NCBI GenBank assembly: GCA_037441385.1
Contig: JBBISH010000070.1
Span: 1 to 33,934, forward strand
DNA length: 33,934 bases
Reading direction: 5' to 3'
From: Myxococcales bacterium
GTDB lineage: Bacteria; Myxococcota_A; UBA9042
Below, in pieces: positions 1 through 8,731 of this stretch; the first letter of the stretch is position 1; the number at the start of each line of letters is the position of its first letter. The notes under the pieces were generated by a model. That model was not told where the DNA came from. It ran no database searches and saw only the letters and a list, made by a program, of their open reading frames with translations. The position numbers and the translations under genes were made by a program.

Positions 1-7
1 ATTTCCT

Positions 8-63
8 TGCCCCTCGCCCAATGCCTTGGGAGAGGGGCAGACGCGCCAGCGGCGGGGTGAGGG
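8..63. repeat. REP-like palindrome (CCCTCxCCC...GGGAGAGGG...GGGGTGAGGG type)
   Basis: Inverted repeat tgcccctcgcccaa (8-21) / ttgggagaggggca (26-39) with one mismatch, followed by ggggtgaggg (54-63). This resembles a widespread extragenic palindrome family. Confidence 0.65.
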
Positions 64-215
64 CCAAGTGTACGACATGGAAAGAGTTTCTTCGTCTTGC
101 TCTAGCTGCAGTAGCCATGCGGTAAGGCAGGCGTCGGCGGCCCATCGGCGGCCAATTGACGGCGCACCCTGTGCACTTCACACTGCCTGCAGCGCTTTTT
201 CAAGGAGCTTGCCCC

Positions 216-1376
216 ATGTTTGGAACCGATCGCGCCCGTTCGTACCGTCAGTTTGGCGAGGAGCACCAACAACTGCGCAAAACCGTGCGCGACTGGTGCG
301 AAAAGAGCTTGCGGCCTCACGCCCACGAGTGGGAGGCGGCGCGGCTTTTCCCCCGCGAAGTCTTTACCCAGGCAGCGGAATTGGGGTTGCTGGGTATCCG
401 CATGCCCGAAGAGCTGGGCGGTCTGGGCCTGGACTGGTGGTACACCGTCGCCTACGCCGAAGAGATGGTCCACAGCACCATGGCCGGCCTGACCATGGCC
501 CTTTTGGTGCAAAGCGACATGGCGACGCCCGTGATCCACGAGATCGGCGACAGCTACCACCACCAGAACTTCCTCAAGCCCGCGATCGCCGGCCAGGCCA
601 TCGCCGCCCTGGGCATCACCGAACCCGACGCTGGCTCGGACGTGGCGGCCATCCGCACCACCGCCCGCCGCGACGGCGACGACTACGTCATCAATGGCAG
701 CAAGACCTACATCACCAACGGCACCCGCGCCGACTTCATCACCCTGGCGGCGCGCACCGGAAGTGCGGGGCACGAAGGCATCTCGCTGATGATGTTCCCC
801 ACGGATACCAAAGGCTTCCGCGTGACGCGCAAGCTGGAGAAAATGGGTAACCACAGCTCGGACACCGCCGAGATCGCCTTTGAGGACTGCCGTATCCCCG
901 CCAAGAATCTCTTGGGAAATGAGGGAGAAGGCTTCTATTACGTCATGCAGAACTTTGGCGGCGAGCGGCTGGTGGGGGCGCTCACGGCGATCGCCGGCGC
1001 CCAGCGGATGCTCGACGAGACGATCCAGTGGTGCCACGATCGCCACGCTTTTGGCAAGAACCTGATGGGTTTTCAAACGGTTCGCCACCAGATCGTCCAG
1101 TTGGAGACCGAGCTGGAAGCGGGCCGTCAGCTCTGCTACCGCACCGTGCAGTTGGTGATCGACGGCGACCCGGCCTGGCGCGAGATCGCGATGTGCAAGC
1201 TCTTCTGCGGCGAGCTGGCCAACAAGGTCGTGGACCGCTGCGTGCAGCTGTACGGTGGCATGGGCTACATGGACGAGTGCGACGTCTCGCGCGTGTTCCG
1301 CGACATGCGCCTCATCACCATCGGCGGCGGCACCAGCGAAATCATGCGAGAAATCCTGACCAAGCTTTGCCTGTGA
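216..1376 (+). CDS. Acyl-CoA dehydrogenase
   Basis: Motifs LGITEPDAGSDV, INGSKTYITNG, CVQLYGGMGY and IGGGTSEIMR. ATG at 216 follows RBS AAGGAG (202-207). Confidence 0.95.
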   Translation: MFGTDRARSYRQFGEEHQQLRKTVRDWCEKSLRPHAHEWEAARLFPREVFTQAAELGLLGIRMPEELGGLGLDWWYTVAYAEEMVHSTMAGLTMALLVQSDMATPVIHEIGDSYHHQNFLKPAIAGQAIAALGITEPDAGSDVAAIRTTARRDGDDYVINGSKTYITNGTRADFITLAARTGSAGHEGISLMMFPTDTKGFRVTRKLEKMGNHSSDTAEIAFEDCRIPAKNLLGNEGEGFYYVMQNFGGERLVGALTAIAGAQRMLDETIQWCHDRHAFGKNLMGFQTVRHQIVQLETELEAGRQLCYRTVQLVIDGDPAWREIAMCKLFCGELANKVVDRCVQLYGGMGYMDECDVSRVFRDMRLITIGGGTSEIMREILTKLCL

Positions 1377-1627
1377 GGGCCCGGCCAAGATCAAGTCGAT
1401 TTTGCCCGTGCCCTTGCCTCCTGCGGCGTGGGTCGCAAGTGCGCGTCCCCTAGCGGGTCCGTCGCACCGCTCCGCTTCGTACGTGACGTACTTGTTGTTG
1501 TTGGCGCTCCAGCGCGGCACTGAACCCCTGGCCCCCTGGCTGCAACTGGCGAATCCCTGGTCCGGCTCTGGGCTCCTATCTTGTACAGGACGCAGCACAC
1601 GGCGTCCGCAAGACGGAGAACCGGGTC

Positions 1628-3292
1628 ATGGGCGAAAAACTTCTGATTATCGGTGGGGTTGCAGCGGGCGCCACGGCAGCGGCGCGGGCGCGGCGGCTCA
1701 GCGAGTCGGCCGAGATCACGCTGCTCGAACGCGGTCCGTACGTGTCGTACGCCAACTGCGGCCTCCCTTACTTCATCGGCGGCGACATCCAGAAGCGCGA
1801 GGCTCTGCTGCTGCAGTCGCCCCAGGGCTTCTACAGCCGCTATCGCGTCAACGTGCAGGTCAACACCGAGGCGGTAGAGCTGGACTTGGCCGGCAAGCGG
1901 GTGCGGACTCGCGGCGCCGATGGCAGTGAAAGCTGGTTGACCTACGACAAATTGATCCTGGCGCAAGGCGGCCAGCCGATCTGGCCGGGCATGCCGGGCA
2001 GTGACAGCGACCATGTGTTCAAGCTGTGGACCGTGCCCGACATGGACCGCATCGACGGCTACATCCGCGACCAGCAACCCAAATCGGCGGTGGTGGTCGG
2101 CGGCGGCTTTATCGGGCTAGAGATGGCCGAAGCGCTGGTGCAGCGCGGCCTGCAGACGGCGGTCGTGGAATTGGCGCCGCACGTGATGGCGATCGCCGAC
2201 CGCGAACTGGGCATGCGCATTGGCGAAGAGTTGAGTGACAACGGCGTGAACGTGGTCACCGGCGTGGGCGTGCAAGCGATCGAGCCCGCGGCCAAGACGG
2301 TCACGCTGAGCGATGGACGCGCGCTGCCCGCTGAATTGGTGCTGTTTTCGGTGGGTGTGCGGCCGGACCTGGCGCTGGCCAAAACGGCTGGGCTCGCGAT
2401 CGGGCCGTCCGGCGGGCTGCAGGTCGACGCGCACTTGAAGACCTCGGATCCCAACGTGTATGCCGCTGGCGATATGGTCGAGATCGTCCATCGCCTGCTG
2501 GGCAAGACCGTGCGGCTGCCGCTGGCGGGGCCGGCGAATCGCCAAGGTCGGCTGGCGGCGAGCAACGCCCTGGGCCGCGCCCAAAGCTACCGCGGCGCGC
2601 TGGGCACGAGTGTAGTCAAGGTGTTCCATGCTACGGCGGCGCTGACTGGTCTGTCGGCCAAGGCGGCGCGTGCGGCCGGTTTCGACATCGGCGTGGCGAC
2701 CCTGCACAAAGAGCACCACGCGACCTACTACCCGGGCGCCAAGATGATGCTGCTGCAGATCGTGTACGAGCGCGGGTCTGGTAAGTTGTTGGGCGCACAG
2801 GCTTTTGGTCACGCTGGCGTGGAGAAGCGCGTGGACGTGCTGGCCACGGCCTTGGCGGCCGGGATGACGGTGGACGACCTGGCCGAGCTGGACCTGGCCT
2901 ACGCGCCGCCCTTTGCCTCGGCCAACGATCCCGTGAATTTGATTGGCTTTGTCGCGCAGAACGACCTGTCGGGCTTCAGCTCGCTCATCCATCCCGACCA
3001 GTTGCTGGCCGATCTGCAGGGCCCCAACCCGCCGCTGGTGCTGGACGTGCGCAACCCCGGCGAGTGCAAGGTGGCCATGTTCCCAGGCGCCACCATGATC
3101 CCGCTGGACGCGCTGCGCGACCGATTGGGCGAGCTCCCGCGCGACCGCCGCATCGCCATCTACTGCAAGGCCGGCTATCGCGGGCACATCGCCCTGCGCA
3201 TCCTGAAAGACAGCGGCTTTGCCGACGTGGTCAATATTGCGGGCGGTTACCTGAGCTTGCGGCACGCGATGCCGGGCTTGGGGCGGATTTAG
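1628..3292 (+). CDS. CoA-disulfide reductase family FAD/NAD(P)H oxidoreductase with C-terminal rhodanese domain
   Basis: N-terminal FAD loop IIGGVAAG, redox motif SYANCGLPY, NAD loop VGGGFIGLE, TSDPNVYAAGD and LDLAYAPPF. Rhodanese motifs LDVRNPGE and IYCKAGYRG. GGAGA RBS upstream. Confidence 0.93.
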   Translation: MGEKLLIIGGVAAGATAAARARRLSESAEITLLERGPYVSYANCGLPYFIGGDIQKREALLLQSPQGFYSRYRVNVQVNTEAVELDLAGKRVRTRGADGSESWLTYDKLILAQGGQPIWPGMPGSDSDHVFKLWTVPDMDRIDGYIRDQQPKSAVVVGGGFIGLEMAEALVQRGLQTAVVELAPHVMAIADRELGMRIGEELSDNGVNVVTGVGVQAIEPAAKTVTLSDGRALPAELVLFSVGVRPDLALAKTAGLAIGPSGGLQVDAHLKTSDPNVYAAGDMVEIVHRLLGKTVRLPLAGPANRQGRLAASNALGRAQSYRGALGTSVVKVFHATAALTGLSAKAARAAGFDIGVATLHKEHHATYYPGAKMMLLQIVYERGSGKLLGAQAFGHAGVEKRVDVLATALAAGMTVDDLAELDLAYAPPFASANDPVNLIGFVAQNDLSGFSSLIHPDQLLADLQGPNPPLVLDVRNPGECKVAMFPGATMIPLDALRDRLGELPRDRRIAIYCKAGYRGHIALRILKDSGFADVVNIAGGYLSLRHAMPGLGRI

Positions 3293-3304
3293 GCGGAATT
3301 TGGA

Positions 3305-4720
3305 CTAGTTTCCGCGCCCCAGCACATCCTGCACCAACGCCGTTGGCAGCAGCCCTGTCTTCTGGAACGCGCGCATGTGCAGGATTGGCTCGCTGCCCAG
3401 TTCCACGACTGTGCGGCCGGCGATGCGGCTGGGATCCATCTGCGGCTCGAAGCCTGCCAACCCCTGACCCGTGCCCGCCGCCTTGGCCACCGCCAGCAAG
3501 CCGTCCAGGTGATTCATCTTCATATACGGGCAGGTGGCACATCCGCCCGCGATCGAGCATCCCTCGCCACTGGCCGCGCCGGGAACCAGGGGCAGGGCCG
3601 AATCGTTTGTAGTCACCACGGCTTCCGCAGCCACCGGAAACACGATCTCTACGCTGGTGCTGCGGTCCAGGCGGCGCAATTCGGCCTGCACGGCGCGGAC
3701 GATCGAGGTGATCATGCCGGCTTCCGTGCCCAGGACCACCTGCAGGGCGGTGCCGTCGGGCGCGCTGCGGACCTGCGCCAGGATGAAATCGAGCAGGTTC
3801 GAGGTGGAGCCCACCATGCCGCGACCTTGGGCCTGGGCGGCGTGGGCCAGGGCAAACATCTCGCCTGGGACCTCTAAGTGCGCAGTGAGCAAGGCAGCTT
3901 GGTGCTCGCGTCGCACTTGCTCCACCACCTGCTGGCCAAACAGGTGGTGCACGATGCAGTGGCCCTGGTCAAAGCGGTGGAAGCGCTGCAGCAGCGCCCC
4001 GATGCTCGCTGGCGTGTGCCCTGGGTGCACGGTCTGCACCGCCGCCAGATCGGCCGTGGCCAAAGAACCCAGCAGGGTCAGCAGGTTGTCGCCCATGTAG
4101 CTGTCGGGCCCGTACCAGACCGACGCGGTAGGCAGCTGGTGCGCGGCCTGCAAGATGGTCTGAACCACGTTGGACGACGTGCACGTGATGGTCGGCACCA
4201 CCGCGTGCGCCGCCGCCTTTTGGCGCAGGCTGGTGTTGATGTAGACCACGTGCAGAGCAGGGCGGTGTTGGGCGGCCCGAGCCAAAAACGCGGCGTACGA
4301 CTGGCTTTCTGCGGCCTCGGCCAGGCTGCAGCCAATGCGCTCGCGGGCCAGGCGGTACACCGGCAAGTGCGCAAAACCAGCTGAATCCAGCACGGCCCGC
4401 ACGTTCTCGCTCATGAAATCGACGCCGGCCACCAACACGGCGCGCACGCCAGCTTGGGCCATCGCCACCGCGCGGTCCGCCATCACCAGCGAGTCCGAGA
4501 TGTGGATGTGCGGCCAACTGCAGGCCGAAAGCACGCCCTGCAGCTCGGGATCCATGTAGAAGTGCGCGACCACGCCCACGTTGCCGCGGGTCAGCAGGCC
4601 GTCCAGCTCGCCGACGGTCGCGGCGTCGGGCTGGAGGTAGGTGGCTTGGGTCTGGGCAAAAGTGCCGTTGGGCACCAGCCGATCGCGCTCGATGCGCAGG
4701 CGGGGGAAGGGGACGCTCAC
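3305..4720 (-). CDS. nadA: Quinolinate synthase (plant-type NadA)
   Basis: Motifs AHFYMDPE, DSLVMAD, GVDFMSE, GCSLA, YINTS, CTSSN, CIVH, AHLE, GST and CPYMKMN. Start placed at GTG 4720 because the upstream part of the ORF overlaps the Cys-rich gene. Confidence 0.9.
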   Translation of the reverse strand: MSVPFPRLRIERDRLVPNGTFAQTQATYLQPDAATVGELDGLLTRGNVGVVAHFYMDPELQGVLSACSWPHIHISDSLVMADRAVAMAQAGVRAVLVAGVDFMSENVRAVLDSAGFAHLPVYRLARERIGCSLAEAAESQSYAAFLARAAQHRPALHVVYINTSLRQKAAAHAVVPTITCTSSNVVQTILQAAHQLPTASVWYGPDSYMGDNLLTLLGSLATADLAAVQTVHPGHTPASIGALLQRFHRFDQGHCIVHHLFGQQVVEQVRREHQAALLTAHLEVPGEMFALAHAAQAQGRGMVGSTSNLLDFILAQVRSAPDGTALQVVLGTEAGMITSIVRAVQAELRRLDRSTSVEIVFPVAAEAVVTTNDSALPLVPGAASGEGCSIAGGCATCPYMKMNHLDGLLAVAKAAGTGQGLAGFEPQMDPSRIAGRTVVELGSEPILHMRAFQKTGLLPTALVQDVLGRGN

Positions 4721-4737
4721 GTTGTCTGTTCGATCCG

Positions 4738-6477
4738 TTATTTGCAGTTGGCGGGCGTGCTGCATACCTGGCTGCCGTCCGACATGCCGCAGCAGATCTC
4801 GTCGGGCGCGCAGTCGGCCTTGGACTTGCAGGTCATGGCCGGCGGGGTGATGCCGCAGTCCTTGGCGCAGGTGGTGGCGTTTTCTGGCACGGTGCAGATG
4901 CCGTCGCCGCACACCGGCGAGGGCGTACCTCCGCAGACCTTCTGGTAGTCTGCGCAGCAGTTGCCAAAGTTCTGGCACGAGAGGTTGCACTGGCAGGTGG
5001 CGTTGGGGTCAAACGAACCGCACTTGCCCTGGCACGACGGCGTGGTGGTGCCGCCGCAGTAGGTCTTGTAGTCGCCGCAGCAATTGCCGTTTTGCACGCA
5101 CTTGGCGTCGCATTGGCAGGCCGCGCCAAACACGTAGTTGCCGCAGATCCCCTTGCACGAAGCGTTGGTGGTGGTGCCGCCCAGGCAGTTGGCCTTGGTG
5201 CCGCACTGGACCAACTGGCCCACGAGCTGCCCGGTCTTCATGTCGGAGACGCACTGCATGAAGCTGCCACCGGCGATCAGGCATTGGGCGGCGCTGATGC
5301 AGGCCGCGGCGCCGGCGCACTGCTTGTACAAGTCGGGGCAGGCATTGGCGATGCACTGGGTGACCGGGTCGACCGGGATGGAGCAGTCCTTGGGGCAGCT
5401 GGTGGCCGACTCGCCGGCCTCGCACTTGCCGTTGCCACAAACCGTCGGGCCAGGCTTGCAGTCCGACGGGCAGTTGGCCGAACTCTCGCCGGGTTCGCAC
5501 TGGCCGTTGCCACAGACCGGGCCCGGCTGGACGCCGCCCAGGCAGCCATTTTGCTGCCCGCATTGGAGCATCTGCTGCAACTGCTTGCTCGTCTTGGGGT
5601 TGCCGGCCGTGCACTGCTGCGGGCTGCCGCCGTCGTTCATGCAGGCTACGGCCGCGACGCAGTCTGGGCTGCCGAAGCACGCCTTGTACTGGCTGGGGCA
5701 CGCCTTGGACAGGCACACTTGTACCTCGCCGGGCGGGGTGTTGGGGCAGTCCTTGGCGCAGTTCAGGCTGTTCTCGGGCTGATCGCACTGGCCGTCGCCG
5801 CAGATCGGCCCGGTGCTGGGCGGCGGTTGGGTCGATCCGTCGCACCCCGAAGCGTTGGCGCACTGCTCCAAGCCGGCAGCTTGCTTTGCCAAGGTCTGCA
5901 TGTCCAGACCCTGAGCACAATCCTGAATGCACGCCTGATCGCTACATTTTTCTGAGCAAGCCCAGAACGTGCTGCACGGCTGCTGGCTCTGGCACGACTC
6001 GACTTGCTTGGGGCACGACGTGGCAATGCACTGCATCAGCTGGCTCACGTTGGGCTGCGGGCCGGTGCAAAGCGCTTGGTAGTCGCTGCAGCAGTCGTTG
6101 TACTTGATGCACTGGGCGTCGCACTGGCATTTCCACTGGTTTGGCTTGGACTGGCCGCACTTGCCTTGGCAGCTCAAGTCGGGCGGCACCGTGCTGGTAT
6201 CGCCTGGAATCACCGTGGTATCGCCCGTGACCCCCGAGCCGTCGGGCAAGATCGTGGTGTTGCCATCGGTGGTGCCCGCGCCGTCTTGGCCCGGCTGAGT
6301 GCCCGAGATGCCGTCTTGACTGCCCAAGCTGGTGTCGCCCGCGCCCGCTAGATTGCCGCCCGTCAGGGCCACGTCGGCGCCGCACGCGTTCAGCCACAGT
6401 CCGGCGGCCAGGAGCAGGGCGGCGGTCGCGCCGACAGAGCGGGTCAAGTACTTGGAAGTGCGAAGAATCTGGGCCAT
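4738..6477 (-). CDS. Cysteine-rich modular lipoprotein (3 somatomedin-B-like modules, 4 CGDG/CGNG repeats, 3 helical Cys modules)
   Basis: Signal peptide with lipobox LNAC, a G/T/D-rich linker, repeats SCxGxC...CxCxxxC...CCxDYxxxC and CG[DN]GxC...E....C..DC. ATG 6477 has a GGAGAG RBS. Confidence 0.85.
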   Translation of the reverse strand: MAQILRTSKYLTRSVGATAALLLAAGLWLNACGADVALTGGNLAGAGDTSLGSQDGISGTQPGQDGAGTTDGNTTILPDGSGVTGDTTVIPGDTSTVPPDLSCQGKCGQSKPNQWKCQCDAQCIKYNDCCSDYQALCTGPQPNVSQLMQCIATSCPKQVESCQSQQPCSTFWACSEKCSDQACIQDCAQGLDMQTLAKQAAGLEQCANASGCDGSTQPPPSTGPICGDGQCDQPENSLNCAKDCPNTPPGEVQVCLSKACPSQYKACFGSPDCVAAVACMNDGGSPQQCTAGNPKTSKQLQQMLQCGQQNGCLGGVQPGPVCGNGQCEPGESSANCPSDCKPGPTVCGNGKCEAGESATSCPKDCSIPVDPVTQCIANACPDLYKQCAGAAACISAAQCLIAGGSFMQCVSDMKTGQLVGQLVQCGTKANCLGGTTTNASCKGICGNYVFGAACQCDAKCVQNGNCCGDYKTYCGGTTTPSCQGKCGSFDPNATCQCNLSCQNFGNCCADYQKVCGGTPSPVCGDGICTVPENATTCAKDCGITPPAMTCKSKADCAPDEICCGMSDGSQVCSTPANCK

Positions 6478-6718
6478 GGTGCACAACTCTCCCGTTCAGA
6501 CGTGGCGGCGGTCGCCGAGGCAGCGGCCCACCGCAGAGCAGGATAGCATTTCCCTGCCGCGAGTGCTGTGCAAGTGGAAACGCGATTTCGCCTCAATTGC
6601 ATCGACTTGGGGCCCCGCCATGCAGCTGCCTCGCCCCGGGCCGTTGACGCTGGTGGCCGGGCCGGATCACCATGGTCGCCGCGCGCGGGCCCCAGTCGGG
6701 GTGGCGCTGGGAGCAAAG

Positions 6719-7618
6719 ATGGCGAAAGCACGCGAGTTCCACGTTGCCCTGCTGCAACTGCCGGCGGCGGCTGCGGGCCAGGACCGGTTGGCACTGGCCG
6801 AACAAGCGCTCCGCGAGGCGGCGGCGCAACGGCCTCCCAACACGCTGCTGTGCGTGCTTCCCGAGCTCTTTGCGTCGGCCTACTTCTGCCAAACCATGGA
6901 TCCCGCGGGATTTGTCCTTGCGGAACCGCTGCCGGGTCCCACGACCCAGCGCTTGGGAAAGCTCTGCGCCGAACTGCAGATCGCGCTGGTTGCCTCGCTT
7001 TTTGAGTGTGCGGCGCCCGGCCTGTACTACAACACGGCGGCCGTGTTCGACGTGGACGGGCGCATGGTGGGCAAGTACCAGAAATCGCACATCCCCTGCG
7101 ACCCGCAGTACGAAGAGAAGTTCTATTTTGCGCCGGGCGACACCGGCTTTCAGGCCTTTGACACGGCGGTGGCGCGCGTGGGCGTGCTGATCTGCTGGGA
7201 CCAGTGGTACCCCGAGGCCGCGCGGCTGACGGCCATGCAAGGTGCAGAGATCCTTGTGTATCCTACCGCCATCGGCGGCATCGACAGCGAGCCGCAGGAC
7301 GAGTGGCTGCGGCAGCGCGAGGCGTGGCAGACGGTGCAACGCGGTCACGCGGTGGCCAACGGTCTGTTCGTCGCCACGGTGAACCGCGCCGGCCGTGAGC
7401 CGGGTCCGGGCGACGGCATTGCGTTTTGGGGCCAGAGCTTTTGCGTGGGTCCGCAAGGGGAGTGGCTGGCGCAGTTGGACGATCAGCCACAGACGGCGAT
7501 CGTCACGTGTGATCGGCAGCGCGCCCAAGAAGTGCGGCAGTGGTGGCCGTTTTGGCGCGATCGGCGCGTGGACCTGTTTGGCCCATTGACGCAGCGCTTT
7601 GGGCCGATCGCCAGGTAG
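6719..7618 (+). CDS. aguB: N-carbamoylputrescine amidase (carbon-nitrogen hydrolase family)
   Basis: Nitrilase triad contexts LPELF, YQKSHIP and ICWDQWYPE, plus EKFYF, YPTAIG and QRGHAVANG. Adjacent to agmatine deiminase. Confidence 0.88.
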   Translation: MAKAREFHVALLQLPAAAAGQDRLALAEQALREAAAQRPPNTLLCVLPELFASAYFCQTMDPAGFVLAEPLPGPTTQRLGKLCAELQIALVASLFECAAPGLYYNTAAVFDVDGRMVGKYQKSHIPCDPQYEEKFYFAPGDTGFQAFDTAVARVGVLICWDQWYPEAARLTAMQGAEILVYPTAIGGIDSEPQDEWLRQREAWQTVQRGHAVANGLFVATVNRAGREPGPGDGIAFWGQSFCVGPQGEWLAQLDDQPQTAIVTCDRQRAQEVRQWWPFWRDRRVDLFGPLTQRFGPIAR

Positions 7619-7666
7619 TTGAATTTGAATTTCACGTTCCAGACTCGGCCGTTTTCAGGGAGTCCC

Positions 7667-8728
7667 ATGATCGCTATCGACCCCAACGCGCACCACTACT
7701 TCATGCCGGCGGAGTGGATGCCCCACCGCGGCACCATCCTGACCTGGCCGCACCGTCCAGCGATTTGGCGGGGTCTGCACGCCCAGGTCGAGGTGACGTT
7801 TGCTCAGCTTATCAAGGAGTTGAGCGAGGTCGAAGAGGTCCACGTCAACGTGCCCAACTTGGCCGTGCGCGACCACGCCGCGGCGCTGTCCCGGCAGGCC
7901 GGCGCGGAAATGGCAAAGGTTTTCTGGCATCTGATCGACAGCGACGACGTGTGGGCCCGCGATCACGGACCGATCGCGGTGGTGCGCAAACCAGACGCGC
8001 CGCGCCACCTGCCGCCGCTGGTGCTGCTGGACTGGATCTTCAACGCCTGGGGCGGCAAGTTCGAGAGTTCGTTGGACAACGAGGTGCCGCGCCAGCTAGC
8101 GCGCGACCTGGGCCTGCCGGTGGTGTCGCCAGGGCTGGTGATGGAGGGCGGTTCGTTGGAAGTCAACGGAATCGGGGACTTGTTGACGACCGAGGCGGTG
8201 CTGCTCCGTGACAATCGCAACCCCGGCTTTGCCCAGCGCGACATCGAAGCCAGCCTGCGCGCGCACTTGGGCTGTGACCGCCTGCACTGGCTGGGGCACG
8301 GGCTGGAGGGCGACGACACCGACGGCCACATCGACGACATCGCGCGCTTTGTGAACGAAACCACTCTTGTTGTGGTGGGTTGTGGCAAGCCCGATCACCC
8401 CGATCACGCCATCATGGCCGAGAATCACGCCCGGCTGGCGGCGATGCGGTCGCGCAGTGGCCAGCCGTTCGAGGTGGCGCCGCTGCCGGTGCCCGAGCCG
8501 ATTCTCTATGCCGGCGAGCATCTTCCGGCCTCGTATGCCAACTTCTACCTGGCCAATGGCAAGCTGCTGCTGCCCACTTTTGGGCAACCGAGCGACGCCG
8601 AAGCCACGGCCATCCTGGCCAGCCTGCTGCCCAGCCATCGCATCGTTGGCATCGACGGGCGGGCTTTGGTCAGTCAATACGGCAACATTCACTGCGTGAC
8701 CCAGCAGATCCCGCAGGCACCGGAGTAG
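7667..8728 (+). CDS. aguA: Agmatine deiminase
   Basis: Motifs MPAEW, WARDHGP, FNAWGGK, EGG, DDTDGHIDD, ASYANFY and GNIHCVTQQ (catalytic Cys). GGGAG RBS before ATG 7667. Confidence 0.93.
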   Translation: MIAIDPNAHHYFMPAEWMPHRGTILTWPHRPAIWRGLHAQVEVTFAQLIKELSEVEEVHVNVPNLAVRDHAAALSRQAGAEMAKVFWHLIDSDDVWARDHGPIAVVRKPDAPRHLPPLVLLDWIFNAWGGKFESSLDNEVPRQLARDLGLPVVSPGLVMEGGSLEVNGIGDLLTTEAVLLRDNRNPGFAQRDIEASLRAHLGCDRLHWLGHGLEGDDTDGHIDDIARFVNETTLVVVGCGKPDHPDHAIMAENHARLAAMRSRSGQPFEVAPLPVPEPILYAGEHLPASYANFYLANGKLLLPTFGQPSDAEATAILASLLPSHRIVGIDGRALVSQYGNIHCVTQQIPQAPE

Positions 8729-8731
8729 CGG

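Noticed and set aside
102..1598. Long antisense or alternative-frame ORFs (e.g. 102-1598, 2117-3265, 8096-10591, 20698-22020, 23669-25939, 28485-30140)
   Set aside because: Shadow ORFs of real genes in high-GC DNA, with no recognisable motifs.
4721..4990. N-terminal 90 aa of the 561-aa nadA ORF
   Set aside because: It overlaps the Cys-rich gene in another frame and is not SufE-like. The start was moved to 4720.
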